Source: TPA_inf: Saccharomyces
Taxonomy: Eukaryota
Assembly (NCBI GenBank): GCA_000146045.2
Contig: BK006934.2
Span: 384,001 to 448,000, forward strand
DNA: 64,000 bases
Direction of reading: 5' to 3'
Shown here: positions 21,901 to 33,548 of the stretch, piece after piece
Numbering within the stretch: the first letter of the stretch is position 1
Layout: each line of letters starts with the position of its first letter
Translations under genes and position numbers: made by a program
Notes under the pieces: model-generated
Database searches by the model: none
What the model saw: the letters and a program-made list of their open reading frames with translations, nothing else
Told to the model about the DNA's origin: nothing

Positions 21901-22178
21901 GTATCGAAAAAATCAACGTTTTACGTAGTAAGAAATGCACATTTGAAGACATAATCCCAAATGACGTTTCTAAGCAGGAAAACGGAGGCATTTTTAAATA
22001 CGTACTTATCGTCACCAAAGCTTCACAGGTTAAAAAATTTACCAAACTGATTAATGATCGTGATAAAAACGAAACAATTTTGATTGTTGAATGGAATTGG
22101 TGTGTTGAATCAATTTTTCATCTCAATGTTGATTTTACATCAAAGAAAAATGTTTTGTATCAAAAGAAAAATAACTAA
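18966..22178 (+). CDS. RTT107: BRCT-repeat DNA-damage scaffold Rtt107/Esc4, 1070 aa. The start is taken at MSTSLLFEQ. The track ORF begins 25 codons earlier, at 18891.
   Basis: The 1070-aa length matches. N-terminal BRCT-like repeats, acidic/Lys-rich middle, C-terminal BRCT pair. Confidence 0.85.
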   Translation: MSTSLLFEQLNFLILVAAEAELPIAHSTRKLLMDNSCNNCQIYELYNENLKDVKTDKDWFMNKFGPQTVHFVISNTINFPFYKIVYFDLLIPVVSHTWVQDSVKTKRHLRTNMYSPNPFHLLRDCQVYISKSSFNKCEYILYSDLLHLLGGTLVNYISNRTTHVIVQSPQDPIIATVSKLTFGSFSSSSTNKHTEKPLREWKFVYPIWILYHFKMAKPLKGELATLCELDMQDTSEEQLFAKWEEVIGDKQTSSSQLTLHPNKTLFKNHHFAISPDLNFFTPLYWFLKGFIEDLDGKVTPLSFSDDLKSVYQAFPDIDCYIGHSANSPILEKTKSIKPEIHVGNVSWLFYMFALQKFTPVSQCKLIHQPFHAKLFTSKELTVAYTNYFGSQRFYIQRLVEILGGLSTPELTRKNTHLITKSTIGKKFKVAKKWSLDPQNAIIVTNHMWLEQCYMNNSKLNPKDSRFQNFKLDDNMGWNIGQIGMDHSSLPTPKNLSMVTYDTQSISEKPPPTNDQMDQINDNTNVLSKKDGTPISSFENSIDEKIDKLQKISGEVAVTHSGDLERSFVSRPSRASFPVVDSKKSNLQKKDSNSDISMETEVFCEGHEKREEKEFTKPITEYDAPKKQEIREQSRKKNDIDYKKEEEETELQVQLGQRTKREIKTSKKNEKEKETNECHIEVDQMTNEKQGEESTGKLISTEDVTSKKDTDKFSHLFEGLSDNDDHINDEKPAVNSKYTTPKTSQNITSGVDTPTTAQTQVFMPSSGNSRLAKTQAAKRLHTDIESLNEFQKNFKRKRIDSEEISLSQDVERSNNNKELATKAEKILARFNELPNYDLKAVCTGCFHDGFNEVDIEILNQLGIKIFDNIKETDKLNCIFAPKILRTEKFLKSLSFEPLKFALKPEFIIDLLKQIHSKKDKLSQININLFDYEINGINESIISKTKLPTKVFERANIRCINLVNDIPGGVDTIGSVLKAHGIEKINVLRSKKCTFEDIIPNDVSKQENGGIFKYVLIVTKASQVKKFTKLINDRDKNETILIVEWNWCVESIFHLNVDFTSKKNVLYQKKNN

Positions 22179-23102
22179 AAATGGACACTATATATTACGT
22201 CATCTGACATACGACACTGATAACAAATAAATATATAATAATTATAAAGATGCGTTGTAGAAAATCTTATGTTCAACAAACAACCCACATATGATTAACA
22301 GACCATTTTAAATGTCTAGTTAGAAACAATTATTTGGTACTGTCTTTGAATTAGATTGTTTAATAAAGCATTTCTAATATAGGATACAAAGGGTCAAATA
22401 GTACCGTGAGTAGAATCATTTATTCCACACTTTATCCGCAAACCTTTTAATTTTTCTACAATTTCATGGATAAAAACAGATTCATGGCCAGAATGCGTAA
22501 AGCAACTCTATTGTACAATTTTCCACTCTGAGATATTCACACAGCGGAGAGCCCTTCTACTCAATGCGTCAAGAACAATGTTCCAAACCTAGTGTATTTT
22601 AGGTATATTATTACGAGAGTATCCGCAATGTTAATGACGCAAAATTTAATGGCTCAAGCCAACTACTAACGTTAGTAAGAACTTTTTGATCTAATAATTA
22701 AACAGGTTACATCCATAGATTTACGTCAGAAATCTTAAATAATGTTTACATGCGAACAGTACCAAGATACATATATGTGGAGCGGATGAGAGATAAAATT
22801 GGGTTAAATGGGAAACATTACGGTATGATGCATAATTTTGAGTTTGGGCTTATTATCCTCGTGCGTATTGTATCGTCTCAATATGAGTGAAGATAAATCA
22901 CCTATTACCCGAACTTTGAAGAGAACACTCTGAAAATTTGGTGAATAAGAAAGGGCTGTAGGTATTATTCGCGAAGCTTTCATTTATTGTAGTGAAAACT
23001 AGGGTGACAGAAGCTGATGGTCTGTTCTTCGATTTAGTACTGCCAATTTCAAGTTTTTCACTTCTATAGCTTTGGTATTGGTCATTGTAGAACAATTTTA
23101 TA

Positions 23103-26100
23103 ATGCATGAACACAAAGCGGAGCTACGGCTAATAACCGTTGCACTTAACGAAGCATCCACCGATTCCCCCTCTTTTAGAGCTTCTGTCAATTATTTCCA
23201 TACCAGAATGGAATCTCTGAGTAGTTGGATGCACAGTACTGTGGATTATGTAGAAAATACGTACAAGCCTTCGTTCCAAGACTTCCAAAGAATAAAGGAA
23301 ACACTATTTTCACAGCTGCTCCCTTCTCCTATATTACTCTCCAATGGATTTGTCAGTAACCAGCCATATACTCCCTTGCTTGTAAGAGACTTTACTAGAG
23401 ATGTCAGTGACCTTTCAAATACGGTTATGAAAATAATTTTAGGTGATGAAAACTCACAATACACTGCGGCATTGTCTGCTTTGAGCTCTGATGCTATTAA
23501 CCCTTACTTCAACAAGAGAAAAACTTTTGAATACTACCAAAGGAAGTATGATTCGTTTTTAACTGACTTTTTAGCGGCCACTAATGATGGCAATACTTTA
23601 ATTCCACAAAATCTGCAAAATGAAACATTCAAATTAGTCGATATTAAACACAAATATATAGAAGCTTCCTTGGATTTGACTGAGGCTATTTCGTTAATGA
23701 AAGTTAATTTGGATAAATTCCTGATAGAGACAATAGACATTGTGCGCAAAAATAACGTTATTACTACCAAGGACACCAAGGACGTTATCGACATTACTCC
23801 CGAACTTACGGAAACATTAAAGGATTGGACCGATTGGATAGAAAGTAACCTTCAGACTTTACAAGCATTGTCATCCAAGCTATCTGAAGCTAAGTATGCC
23901 ATTCTGAAGCTCAGCTTGGCAAGAATGAAGCCATCTCGCCTGATACAAGACTATGATTTGAAAAGCATACAAAATTTGAAGTTTAACCTTCCAAAATCGA
24001 TAAGTAACGGAAATAATTCTGAGGAAAAAGGGCTATCGGGTTGGTTGTACATGAAAACTACAGTTGGTCATGATCCGAAAAGAGTTGTGTGGGTAAGAAG
24101 ATGGTGCTTTCTACAGAACAATGTTTTTGGAGTTTTTTCACTGTCGCCTAGCAAAACTTATGTCGAAGAAACCGATAAATTCGGTATATTATGGATAACT
24201 GTAGAATATCTGCCCAAAGAACCTAGAAATTTTTGTTTCAAATTGAGGATTCAAAATCCAAATTGCAAAACAGAAGAAGAAAATACATACATAGATATCA
24301 TCCTGCAAGCTGAAAGTATTGACGAGTTAAAATCGTGGATAAACACCTTAACTTCTCACAAAAGAATCGCATTGTCGATAAAGGAGGAAAACGATCCTCG
24401 TTATCAATTGGCGAGAAAAAAAATTGAACCTCAATTTTTCGAGTTTGCTTCAAGTAGCTCAACGTCAACAGATAAATTATTAACTTCATTTTCCAGTAAA
24501 ACTTTGACATTGGTAGAAGAGCTAAAAAAAAATTATATGTCAGAGGATGATATATACTCTATCATTGATAATAAGGCATACCATCTGAGAGTAATTTCTA
24601 CACCGATAGCCACGCAGTTGACTCATTTGGCTTTATTCTCTACATTTCTATCTGTATCAAATTATTATCCGTGTGCTACCCAGGCAAACACCTGGGGTAC
24701 GGCAAATTGGAATGATTTGTCCTATTTAGTCAATCCACTCAAAGGAAGTTCAGTACACAAGCCAGCCACAGTATCGAATTCTTCCAGGTTTTCCGTTAGC
24801 TACCCCGACTATTATCCATACAGCCTGAAAGTCGATGATATACAATTTAGATCAATTTTCTTTTCAGTGAATCATGATTTTTTACAAGTCCCAAAAGAAC
24901 TTGTTCTTTTAAGATATTCATCGGTGTGGTGCCCGAACAATAAACAAAAATTTGCATCTATGGCTTTTGTTACCCTTAACCACATTTATGTCTATTTAAA
25001 TATTTCAGGCTTTTCATATTTGAGAAGAATAGATTTACTAGATATCGACTCAATCGAATATGATAAAAGCCCAAAACATGTTTCTTCAAGAATGCTGCAC
25101 ATGCAAAGAGGCGATGGACTCAGGTTTAATATGTCCGTCTTTTTTACAGATCGAAGAGCAGTTGCCTCAAAGTTACAATTTCTGATAGAAAATAAGGCAA
25201 TGCATATCCCAAAGGGCGAAAAAGAGGTTTTAGAAATTTTCCAGGAATTAGACGAAGAGATTGAGAACGAAAAAAAAATCATCAAAGATAATTTGTCAGA
25301 ATCAGAACATTATTCAAAAGATTATGATTATCTATTGAAGAGCACGTATGACCATCATTTTGAGAATACTAACGAAACGCCTATGGAATTAATGAGCAGG
25401 AAACTCCGTTTAGAAAGGGAAGCCTGGTGCTACTTTCAAGACAATTTTAAAGTCGGAAGCAAGACGCTATTCCACGTTCTTTTTGGAGACAAATCTCAAG
25501 TTTTTCCAAGTTCACTATTTCTTTGTAAGAAGGGCAGTAACTTGAATAACAATTCATACTGGGAGCGCATTAGGCGCGCGAAAGAAGATGCAAGTTGTCA
25601 ATTTGAACTTTGCCGTAAGTTACAGTTTCAACTGAATCGAACTTCTAATTTTATCAAAGATCTATTATGGTTGAAGGATGACAATGACAACTTCAAATTA
25701 GTTCTTCAGCAGCGTGTGACAAAAATAAAACAAGGTTATTATTTTGAGGTGGAAGAAGGTCCCATTATTGTGAAATTTCCGCTATGCCATCCCTTACTCC
25801 TTCGTGTGAGGTTCATAATTGCAGAATGTATCACCTCTCAAGGAGAGTCCCTCAAAAAATGTGACCTGGCAATACTATATGACTTCAACTATGTTGAATC
25901 TATTGATAAGTTGAATACCAAAGTTGAAAAACTATGGCTTTTTGAAAGAATACACCTCAACTGGGCATTGAGATATTGTAAACTTGAACATTCTGAAATT
26001 AACAGAAAGACGAGGGAATATCTAAAAAAATTCAACGATAGAGAAAAAATGAGTGATGTTATTAAATTGTGTGGATTCCTTGGTGTTTTACCAAAGGAAA

Positions 26101-26789
26101 GAATAGAAAACGATGAAAAGGCCGGCGATTTCATGCAACCTGTATATATCAATTATGATTTTCTGTCTCTTTCAAAAATTTTTACAAAATTGACCGTGTT
26201 TTATTTAAGCAGTGTCATCATTAAGACCATGAAAGTTTTACTGGCAATGGTAATGGTTATCTTCAAATGTTTTTCAAAAGTTAACAAAACTTTATACTAT
26301 TGTCTTTTGATATCTGCGGTAACCAATTTGTTCTTTGTTGGTAAATCTATTCATTCATATTTCTCCGTAAAGTCAGCCGAAACCCTATTTCAGAACTATG
26401 CCAATGGTGATCAGCGAGGACTTCAAATCATGCATCGGTCTTTGACAGTGCCTGATTTGAACCTACTTACAAGAAAAATGATGGATAATGACCAGGAAAA
26501 TCCAGTATTCAAGAGATTTGACGAAGACAAAAATGCATACCAGTACAAAGGAACAAGGCAAGAAATTGCAATTAAACGAAACCAAGTGCTGACGGAATTA
26601 AAAATTCTACAAAATACGGAAAAGGAACTCGTACAGGGAAGTTACAGAAAATTCATAATAACAGAAAGAGACAAATGCATCACCACTCAGAATGAAATCT
26701 TTGATTTATGGATAAACGATACCAAACTACAAGATTATTGTATGGCATGTTTTGCAGAGTACAACAGATTATCTGCCATTCCAGTCTGA
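23103..26789 (+). CDS. YSP1: Sterol transporter of the LAM family Ysp1/Lam1, 1228 aa. PH-like/GRAM region plus C-terminal TM.
   Basis: The length, PH-like region (WLYMKTTVGHDPKRVVWVRRWCFLQNNVFG) and C-terminal hydrophobic anchor. Confidence 0.85.
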   Translation: MHEHKAELRLITVALNEASTDSPSFRASVNYFHTRMESLSSWMHSTVDYVENTYKPSFQDFQRIKETLFSQLLPSPILLSNGFVSNQPYTPLLVRDFTRDVSDLSNTVMKIILGDENSQYTAALSALSSDAINPYFNKRKTFEYYQRKYDSFLTDFLAATNDGNTLIPQNLQNETFKLVDIKHKYIEASLDLTEAISLMKVNLDKFLIETIDIVRKNNVITTKDTKDVIDITPELTETLKDWTDWIESNLQTLQALSSKLSEAKYAILKLSLARMKPSRLIQDYDLKSIQNLKFNLPKSISNGNNSEEKGLSGWLYMKTTVGHDPKRVVWVRRWCFLQNNVFGVFSLSPSKTYVEETDKFGILWITVEYLPKEPRNFCFKLRIQNPNCKTEEENTYIDIILQAESIDELKSWINTLTSHKRIALSIKEENDPRYQLARKKIEPQFFEFASSSSTSTDKLLTSFSSKTLTLVEELKKNYMSEDDIYSIIDNKAYHLRVISTPIATQLTHLALFSTFLSVSNYYPCATQANTWGTANWNDLSYLVNPLKGSSVHKPATVSNSSRFSVSYPDYYPYSLKVDDIQFRSIFFSVNHDFLQVPKELVLLRYSSVWCPNNKQKFASMAFVTLNHIYVYLNISGFSYLRRIDLLDIDSIEYDKSPKHVSSRMLHMQRGDGLRFNMSVFFTDRRAVASKLQFLIENKAMHIPKGEKEVLEIFQELDEEIENEKKIIKDNLSESEHYSKDYDYLLKSTYDHHFENTNETPMELMSRKLRLEREAWCYFQDNFKVGSKTLFHVLFGDKSQVFPSSLFLCKKGSNLNNNSYWERIRRAKEDASCQFELCRKLQFQLNRTSNFIKDLLWLKDDNDNFKLVLQQRVTKIKQGYYFEVEEGPIIVKFPLCHPLLLRVRFIIAECITSQGESLKKCDLAILYDFNYVESIDKLNTKVEKLWLFERIHLNWALRYCKLEHSEINRKTREYLKKFNDREKMSDVIKLCGFLGVLPKERIENDEKAGDFMQPVYINYDFLSLSKIFTKLTVFYLSSVIIKTMKVLLAMVMVIFKCFSKVNKTLYYCLLISAVTNLFFVGKSIHSYFSVKSAETLFQNYANGDQRGLQIMHRSLTVPDLNLLTRKMMDNDQENPVFKRFDEDKNAYQYKGTRQEIAIKRNQVLTELKILQNTEKELVQGSYRKFIITERDKCITTQNEIFDLWINDTKLQDYCMACFAEYNRLSAIPV

Positions 26790-27383
26790 ATAGTGCCCCA
26801 GAATGTCTACTCTTCAATAATCAGAAGGACCCCGTCTTGTCTAATAGAATGGGTGAACTTTTTTTATTTCTTGGCTCATGATTATATTGTAAAATACATA
26901 GCATTTTATATAATTGTGGTGCTAACCCTAAGTACTTTTTTTTTTCGCCCTTTCCGGGTTTCTTTTTTTCACCTTTTCGTTTTTCTAGAATTTCGCAAAG
27001 TATATAAGAGACCATAAACAGTTGGAGAAAAATATCACAAATTTATCAGCCCAATTTATGGCAGCTTAAAAATGTCTAGGTCGATGCTTTCAACGATATC
27101 TTTATCAGGTGATTCTTACGCGCCAGGTGGATAGAGGAAATTTGCGACAGTAGGTTTACTGTCCTGGTTTCCTTGTACACTTGTGATACTCATTTTTTGT
27201 CTGCCAATAATATAGTCCTGTTTATTTGTTATATGATGATAACCTTCTCAGCTCACTCAGATCTTTTGATATGATTGATAAAAATTTCCTATCCAACATT
27301 CATCAATTTATCTGACCAAACAATAAACTTAGTACTATATAGTCTCGCAGGCAATTCTCTTGAATAATTTCAACTTTTATATC

Positions 27384-28406
27384 TTACATGAAACTTAAAC
27401 ACGATACATGTATCCAGTTTTCATCTCGATCTGGTTCGCTGTGAAATTTTACTATAACACTGTTTTTGAAGTAGGATTTTTGCCAATAAGACATTTCATA
27501 GTTCGTGTACAGGCCGTGATATTCATCTAATTTGTTCAACCACTTGAAGCCCCATAACTTTGTTTTATGGTTAACTATTCTGGAGGAGTCATCGAAAATT
27601 TCCTCTTCTATAGCATCCTGAACTTTTAAGCGGTTATATTCATATACTTCACTGAATCCCTTTTTTTCTAGTATATTGATCAAATCAGATAATAGCTCGA
27701 TTCCGTGAATAACATATTTCAATGATTTGTTCTTTTTTGAAATGGCAATTTTTCGCAGCTTGTTTAACCTGCCCAAGGATTCCAGTACTGTTTCATTCTC
27801 ATCAACAAGAAAAAATTTCAAAAGATTTAATGCTTCGTGGACCATATAATGTCTCGAATTCTGCGTTTTGACACTTTGTTCCTTTTCTAAGCGATTTACC
27901 TCCTCTGTATTTATGACATCATTCATCCATTCCTCATTATCTTGTTGATCATTTTCTGTGGCGTTTTCTGTCTTAATATAATTCCCATCTTTATCGAATA
28001 CCCCATGTTTTATTTCGTCATCTATATTAAATGGCTCTATATTCACACCTTTTTCTACCTTGCTCTCTGAATTACCGATCTGATAATCTAAGTCGGCTAA
28101 GTTTTCTTTCTTGAACTCTGCAATATCCAAAAGCTGAATTTTCGATTTCTTTCGCTTTCTATGGTCTTCGACGTGATCTTCATTTTTTTCATAGGATTTT
28201 TCATCCATTTCTTTCCCACTATTTTCATTATCTGTAGAATCTTCAACGCTAGAATCAGAATCAGAATCATATTCTGCCCTGCTTAGCTCTTCATCTTCAT
28301 ATATCGTACTTTGATTATGTAACTCATCGCTAAGCTTTTCGTCGTGTTCACGTCGATCACTATTTCTTTTCAGTTTTGAGCTGTTCGGGTATTGCGTATA
28401 TTTCAT
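27384..28406 (-). CDS. LIN1: Lin1, a GYF-domain-type protein linking U5 snRNP and chromatin factors, 340 aa.
   Basis: The length, acidic N-terminus and position. Confidence 0.8.
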   Translation of the reverse strand: MKYTQYPNSSKLKRNSDRREHDEKLSDELHNQSTIYEDEELSRAEYDSDSDSSVEDSTDNENSGKEMDEKSYEKNEDHVEDHRKRKKSKIQLLDIAEFKKENLADLDYQIGNSESKVEKGVNIEPFNIDDEIKHGVFDKDGNYIKTENATENDQQDNEEWMNDVINTEEVNRLEKEQSVKTQNSRHYMVHEALNLLKFFLVDENETVLESLGRLNKLRKIAISKKNKSLKYVIHGIELLSDLINILEKKGFSEVYEYNRLKVQDAIEEEIFDDSSRIVNHKTKLWGFKWLNKLDEYHGLYTNYEMSYWQKSYFKNSVIVKFHSEPDRDENWIHVSCLSFM

Positions 28407-28814
28407 ATCCTTCTACAAACAATATGGTGCACTTGAGTGTTTTTATCAAAGTTTTCCCTTGTTCTTTAAAAGGCAGCTTAGCATGGTCATTCCAATTTGT
28501 TCGGATGCGCTTCTTTTAATCTAGTCAGAGAAACTTACCCATTAAGTAATTAAAATCGATTATTAGGGCATAAATGGAAGAAAAGGAGACTATGTTGGTA
28601 GAATGTAAAGGAAGGGACCCTCATTCACAAACAAGGCAGGGACTTTTATGTTACTACTGAATGTTCATGGTGATGAGTGATAATGTCCTTTAGCTAATAG
28701 AGTAAGCCACACTTATTCAAAGGTCAATTTGGAGTAGGCTTACAAATGTAGTCTTTTCTTTCATAAACCAGTAGTGTTAAACTTTATGTTTCTTCAACTT
28801 TGACGCACAATATT

Positions 28815-28823
28815 TGGCGGCTA
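28815..28823 (+). promoter_or_regulatory. URS1-like element TGGCGGCTA about 85 bp upstream of REC104.
   Basis: 9/10 match to TCGGCGGCTA. REC104 is an early meiotic gene. Confidence 0.5.
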
Positions 28824-28906
28824 TTTTCCGCTATACCAAATAAAATATATCTTTTGTATAAGAAAACAAACTGCTGAAGAAAAGAACATACAGCAACTTG
28901 GACAAC

Positions 28907-29455
28907 ATGTCCATCGAGGAGGAAGATACAAATAAGATCACATGTACGCAAGACTTTCTTCACCAATACTTTGTAACTGAAAGGGTTAGCATTCAATTTG
29001 GGTTAAATAACAAGACCGTAAAAAGGATAAATAAAGATGAATTTGATAAGGCAGTAAATTGTATCATGTCATGGACAAACTATCCTAAGCCTGGGTTAAA
29101 ACGAACAGCTTCAACGTACCTCTTAAGCAATTCCTTTAAGAAATCTGCAACAGTATCTCTTCCGTTTATCTTAGGCGACCCAGTATGCATGCCGAAGAGG
29201 GTGGAAAGCAATAATAATGATACCTGTCTTCTGTATAGTGACACATTATATGACGATCCTTTAATACAGAGGAATGATCAAGCAGGAGATGAAATAGAGG
29301 ATGAATTTAGCTTTACATTGCTACGAAGTGAAGTAAATGAAATCAGACCCATATCTTCGTCCAGCACCGCCCAAATACTGCAATCGGACTATTCTGCGCT
29401 GATGTATGAGAGACAGGCTTCAAATGGGAGCATATTTCAGTTTAGTAGTCCCTGA
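28907..29455 (+). CDS. REC104: Meiotic DSB-formation protein Rec104, 182 aa. Start at MSIEEED. The track ORF starts 3 codons earlier.
   Basis: The 182-aa length and position. Confidence 0.85.
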   Translation: MSIEEEDTNKITCTQDFLHQYFVTERVSIQFGLNNKTVKRINKDEFDKAVNCIMSWTNYPKPGLKRTASTYLLSNSFKKSATVSLPFILGDPVCMPKRVESNNNDTCLLYSDTLYDDPLIQRNDQAGDEIEDEFSFTLLRSEVNEIRPISSSSTAQILQSDYSALMYERQASNGSIFQFSSP

Positions 29456-29684
29456 GATTTAGTTTGATATCGTTAGCATAAGCTATTTGTCACGTTACTA
29501 TTTCTCTCCTTCATTTATTCTTCCATGATATATAAATTTTTGTCAAGAGTACAGTTATTATTATATTATATCATTATTATAATTGTTATGATTACTATTA
29601 ATATTATTAATGTTTATTATCAATGTTTATTATTATTATTGTTATTACACATGAAAAGTGAAATTTCATTACGCATATTGTCTT

Positions 29685-32600
29685 TTATAGTAGATCGCTG
29701 TCAGCATCTTCATTAACTTGTTTGGTGTTATTTTCCAAATTCAATAATCTCTTTTTCAACTCTAACACTTCACTTTTCAAGTCATCTCTTTCTTGATTAG
29801 TGATGAAGAGTTCCGCTTTCAGATCATTTATTTTGATGTTGAATTGATTTTCTCTTATGCTGTTGCTATTTTTTACATTATTGGAACTCTCCTCGGTGCT
29901 TCTGAGACCATTTTCGAAATTTTCACTGCAGACGCCATTTTTGAACTTCAATTCATCTAACTCGTCGATTAACTTTTTATTCAAACTCTTGTACTTCTCT
30001 AGCTCTCTTTGTGAAACCATTAGTGCCTTACTTGCACTGTCCATAGAACTGATACTTTCTTTGTAATCATTCTGTATTTTTTTGATTTCATTCTCTTTTA
30101 CTAATACATCTTGACTTAATGAGCTGTGTTCCATCTTTAAAGCATGGTATTCAGAAGATAGTTTTTCTTTAGATATTGTTAGCTCTTGACTTCTCTCCAG
30201 CAAATCGTCCAATCTATTCGTTAGTTTGTTAATCACTACACGGTGGTGACGACTTTGATCACCATAGGGTTCACCGACAGTTTTCTCGCCATTTTCATCC
30301 GATACAGATATCAAAGAAGAAGAAGATTCAAGAAACGAAGAGTTGGCTCTGTTTTCTTTCCAATGACTGATCAATGAGCCTAACTGTGACGAGTAATTCG
30401 CAACATTATTGATTATATCTTCGTTATGTTGTTTGCTTTCATTTTTCAACCTTTCATTTTCTCTACTCAAATTCTCATGTTCTATCTGTAGTTCTTCAAG
30501 TTTTTCTTTGTAATTAGGCTCTAGTTCTAAGGATTTAATTTTTTCGTTCTGAAATTGTATAACTTCATTTAGATTCTCTATGTCTAAGAATTTGCTATTC
30601 ACCAACTCTTCTAGCTCATTAACTTTATCTTCCAAGGAATGATTATCTGCCTCTAGTATTTCACATTTTGATTGCAGTCTGACGGAATCCAATTCATCTA
30701 TTTCTTTCGTTGTCCCAGAATTCTTCTGGGATTTTAACTGCCATAGCTCCGTCTCTAATTCCTTTATGTGAGCTCCGGCTTCAAGCGCCTTTTCGTGCGT
30801 CAATTCTTTCAAACTTTGCAATTCCGATCTTAATTTCTCAAATAGTGCCCTATCTACGACTTCGGTAGTAGCATCTCTATTTATAGGAACGCTAGCTTCT
30901 TCATTTTTCGTATCAGTTGGAACGTCTCCCATTGGGGACACGTTTTTTTCATCACTTGCATCAATAACATGGTTAGCACTATCATGGCCCGCGGTGTCGC
31001 TTTTCTTTATTGTAATATCCACAGGCTCGGACAGTTTGTCGATCTCCGTATTATTCTGTGATAATTCTGAAGATTCATTATAATGCTTTATTTTGAACTG
31101 ATCTTTGGATGGGGAGCTCGCCATTTGAGCCACACCGATTTCGTCGTCTTCGTCAGCAACATTGCCGTCCTCTTCAACCTTGGACATCGAAGATGTGCCT
31201 AGTTTGTCCCCGTTTATCTCTTGGTCGAAGGTCGTCGTGGAATCTATTTTTTCATCAGCGTCAGGAAGATGTTTTATTTCCTCTATATTACCATTTTGGG
31301 GCGTTTTTATCTCATTACTTGGAAGCGTCTCTAATATTGGGGAGTTATTCTTTATTTGGTTTGCAGGGGTGAGATTATCTCCATAGATTGAAGATGGGAT
31401 GCGCTGATTTCCAACTGTTGGATCCATAGTTTCAGAAAGATCAGGTTCTTTCTGGATAGTAGGCGTATCAAATGGTTTGTTGGAAGTTATTTTCATAACC
31501 GGCGTTTGTGAGCTTTCAGATGGAACATATGGAGTCAAAATGTTAGGCTCAGCAATCAAGTGAGATTCAGAATTTACTGGGTGGCTCTGATTTTGGTGTT
31601 CTGTTGACACATTTCGATTGTGTACCTCCCTGTTGAGGCGATCAGCATCTGAAAAATCTTTTGGTGCAGGTGATGGAGCGGAAGCTAGAGGAGCTGCTGA
31701 AATTGGTACGTTCATATTTTTAGTTTGATGAGAGGTTGGGGTAACGGGCGTCGCCAGGTCAAGATTACCATTTCTCGGAGTTGGCGTATCAGTTGGAACA
31801 TCCATTACGCCTGGACAAAGGTCCTTTATGCGGGCCAAGTCTAGCGTATAAACAATTGTACCTCTTTGCATATCAATATCAGAGGTATGCAAGTCGTACT
31901 CCTCGACTCTAGCGTAATCAAATTTATCTCCTCCCATAATCAAAATTTTATCATTTTTTAATAATGTTAAAGAATGCCCAGAACGGCCTTGCGGAATTCC
32001 AGCCGTAAATACAGGTAATTTAAACCATTTACGCGATTTCAAGTTTAGGAAATACACGGAGTTCAAATAAGCATCATGCTCATCTTTCCCGCCTACAACA
32101 CACATCAGATCGTTGTAGACTACAGTAGCATGTTCTTGAACTGGAGGAGGCTTTTCACCCGTGGTATCAATGATAAACCAATCATTTATTGCAGGGTCGT
32201 ACATAAACACATCATTTACTAAACCTTGTAAGGTATCGCCACCAAATACCCATAGTTTAGAATCGTATGATATCATAGTAAAATTGGTAATAGGTGGTGG
32301 TGTAAAGGTCCTTGGTTTCAAAAATTCCCAATGAGAGTCCGGTCTTCTAAAAGAAGATAAGTCGTAAACAGCCAAGTCGTTGAAGTAGGTGTCATCAAAT
32401 TGACCACCAAACACGTACAGTTTTGTTTTCATTTGAGTTGTGGCGATAATCGAAATTTTATGACCGTACCTTCCCAATGGACGTGGTCCCACGGGTGCCG
32501 GGACTGTCCATTTATAGGAATTAATATTCAAAAGGTATATGTCATCGTCCATCAAACCTTCCTTATTGACTTTGTGTGTGTCACCGCCAAATACAACAAA

Positions 32601-33179
32601 GGCATTCCCGCATAATACAGCAGCGTGGCCTACCCTTGGTGGTGGTGTAGCTTCACTTATGTCTATCGTTGTAGTGGAAAATCTGGTGGCATTATCGAAG
32701 GCCGTTAATATCCATGTATCGCCGTACACAGATTGGTCATGAAGTCCCCCAATAACATATATCTGGTTCTTGTCTGTAACATATGCTGAAGCAACATGTC
32801 TATAACGTGGAAAAGGAGAATTCTGTAACTTGATTCTATTCCATACGGTATATTCTCTCTGTTTTGAAAGCTGCTTATGGAGAGTAGTGGACGGTCCTGA
32901 GACATTTCGCTGTTGCGGTGGTACTGCGCTCGGTTGAATCCTTGATTCGGATACCTGTTTTCTGGCAAACATAGGTGGTGAACTAGTTTTATTAACATTA
33001 GAATGGTAACCTTGTGAAAATTGACGCCCTTTCTGAGGCGTTTCTTGTTTTGTGAAAAATTTTTCATTTGGAGGAGTTGACAGTGAAGCTTCTCTAGATT
33101 GGTCAGAGATAGAAGCATCAGAAGGCGTCTTTCCATGTTTCTTGTGAGTGAATTTCTTGGCGAAGCTGAATCCAGCCAT
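29685..33179 (-). CDS. KEL1: Kelch-repeat protein Kel1, 1164 aa. The start is taken at [10 protein letters not shown]. The track ORF extends 31 codons upstream, to 33272.
   Basis: Six Kelch-type blades (repeated GG...W/Y motifs) in the N-terminal half and a long heptad-rich coiled coil in the C-terminal third. The 1164-aa length matches. Confidence 0.9.
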
Positions 33180-33548
33180 GTTTGAGTTATTTTCTAGGTG
33201 CAAATTGAAGCAAACGGGCTCTAACTTTTCCTGAAAAATTACTGTGAATTTGTTAATAAGTGTAAGTATCACAAATCAAGCAAAACAATTACTTTATAGA
33301 ACGAGCCCTGTTGCTTTTCTATATCTTATTGTTTCGTATTTTAAAGGAATGCTTGCTTGTAGTTTACTATCAACAACCGCGTCGCCAAGTCCCCAGAAGA
33401 CGTGCCGCGTGATTCCAAAGGTGATGAAGGGTACAAGTTGTAAAGTTCAATATAATAGGTAAGGAAAAAGGCCAATACTAACTGTGCTTTTCTCAATTAC
33501 CACTACATGGATCCGAGGATAATTAAATCTATCTCCTAGGGCACTGAT

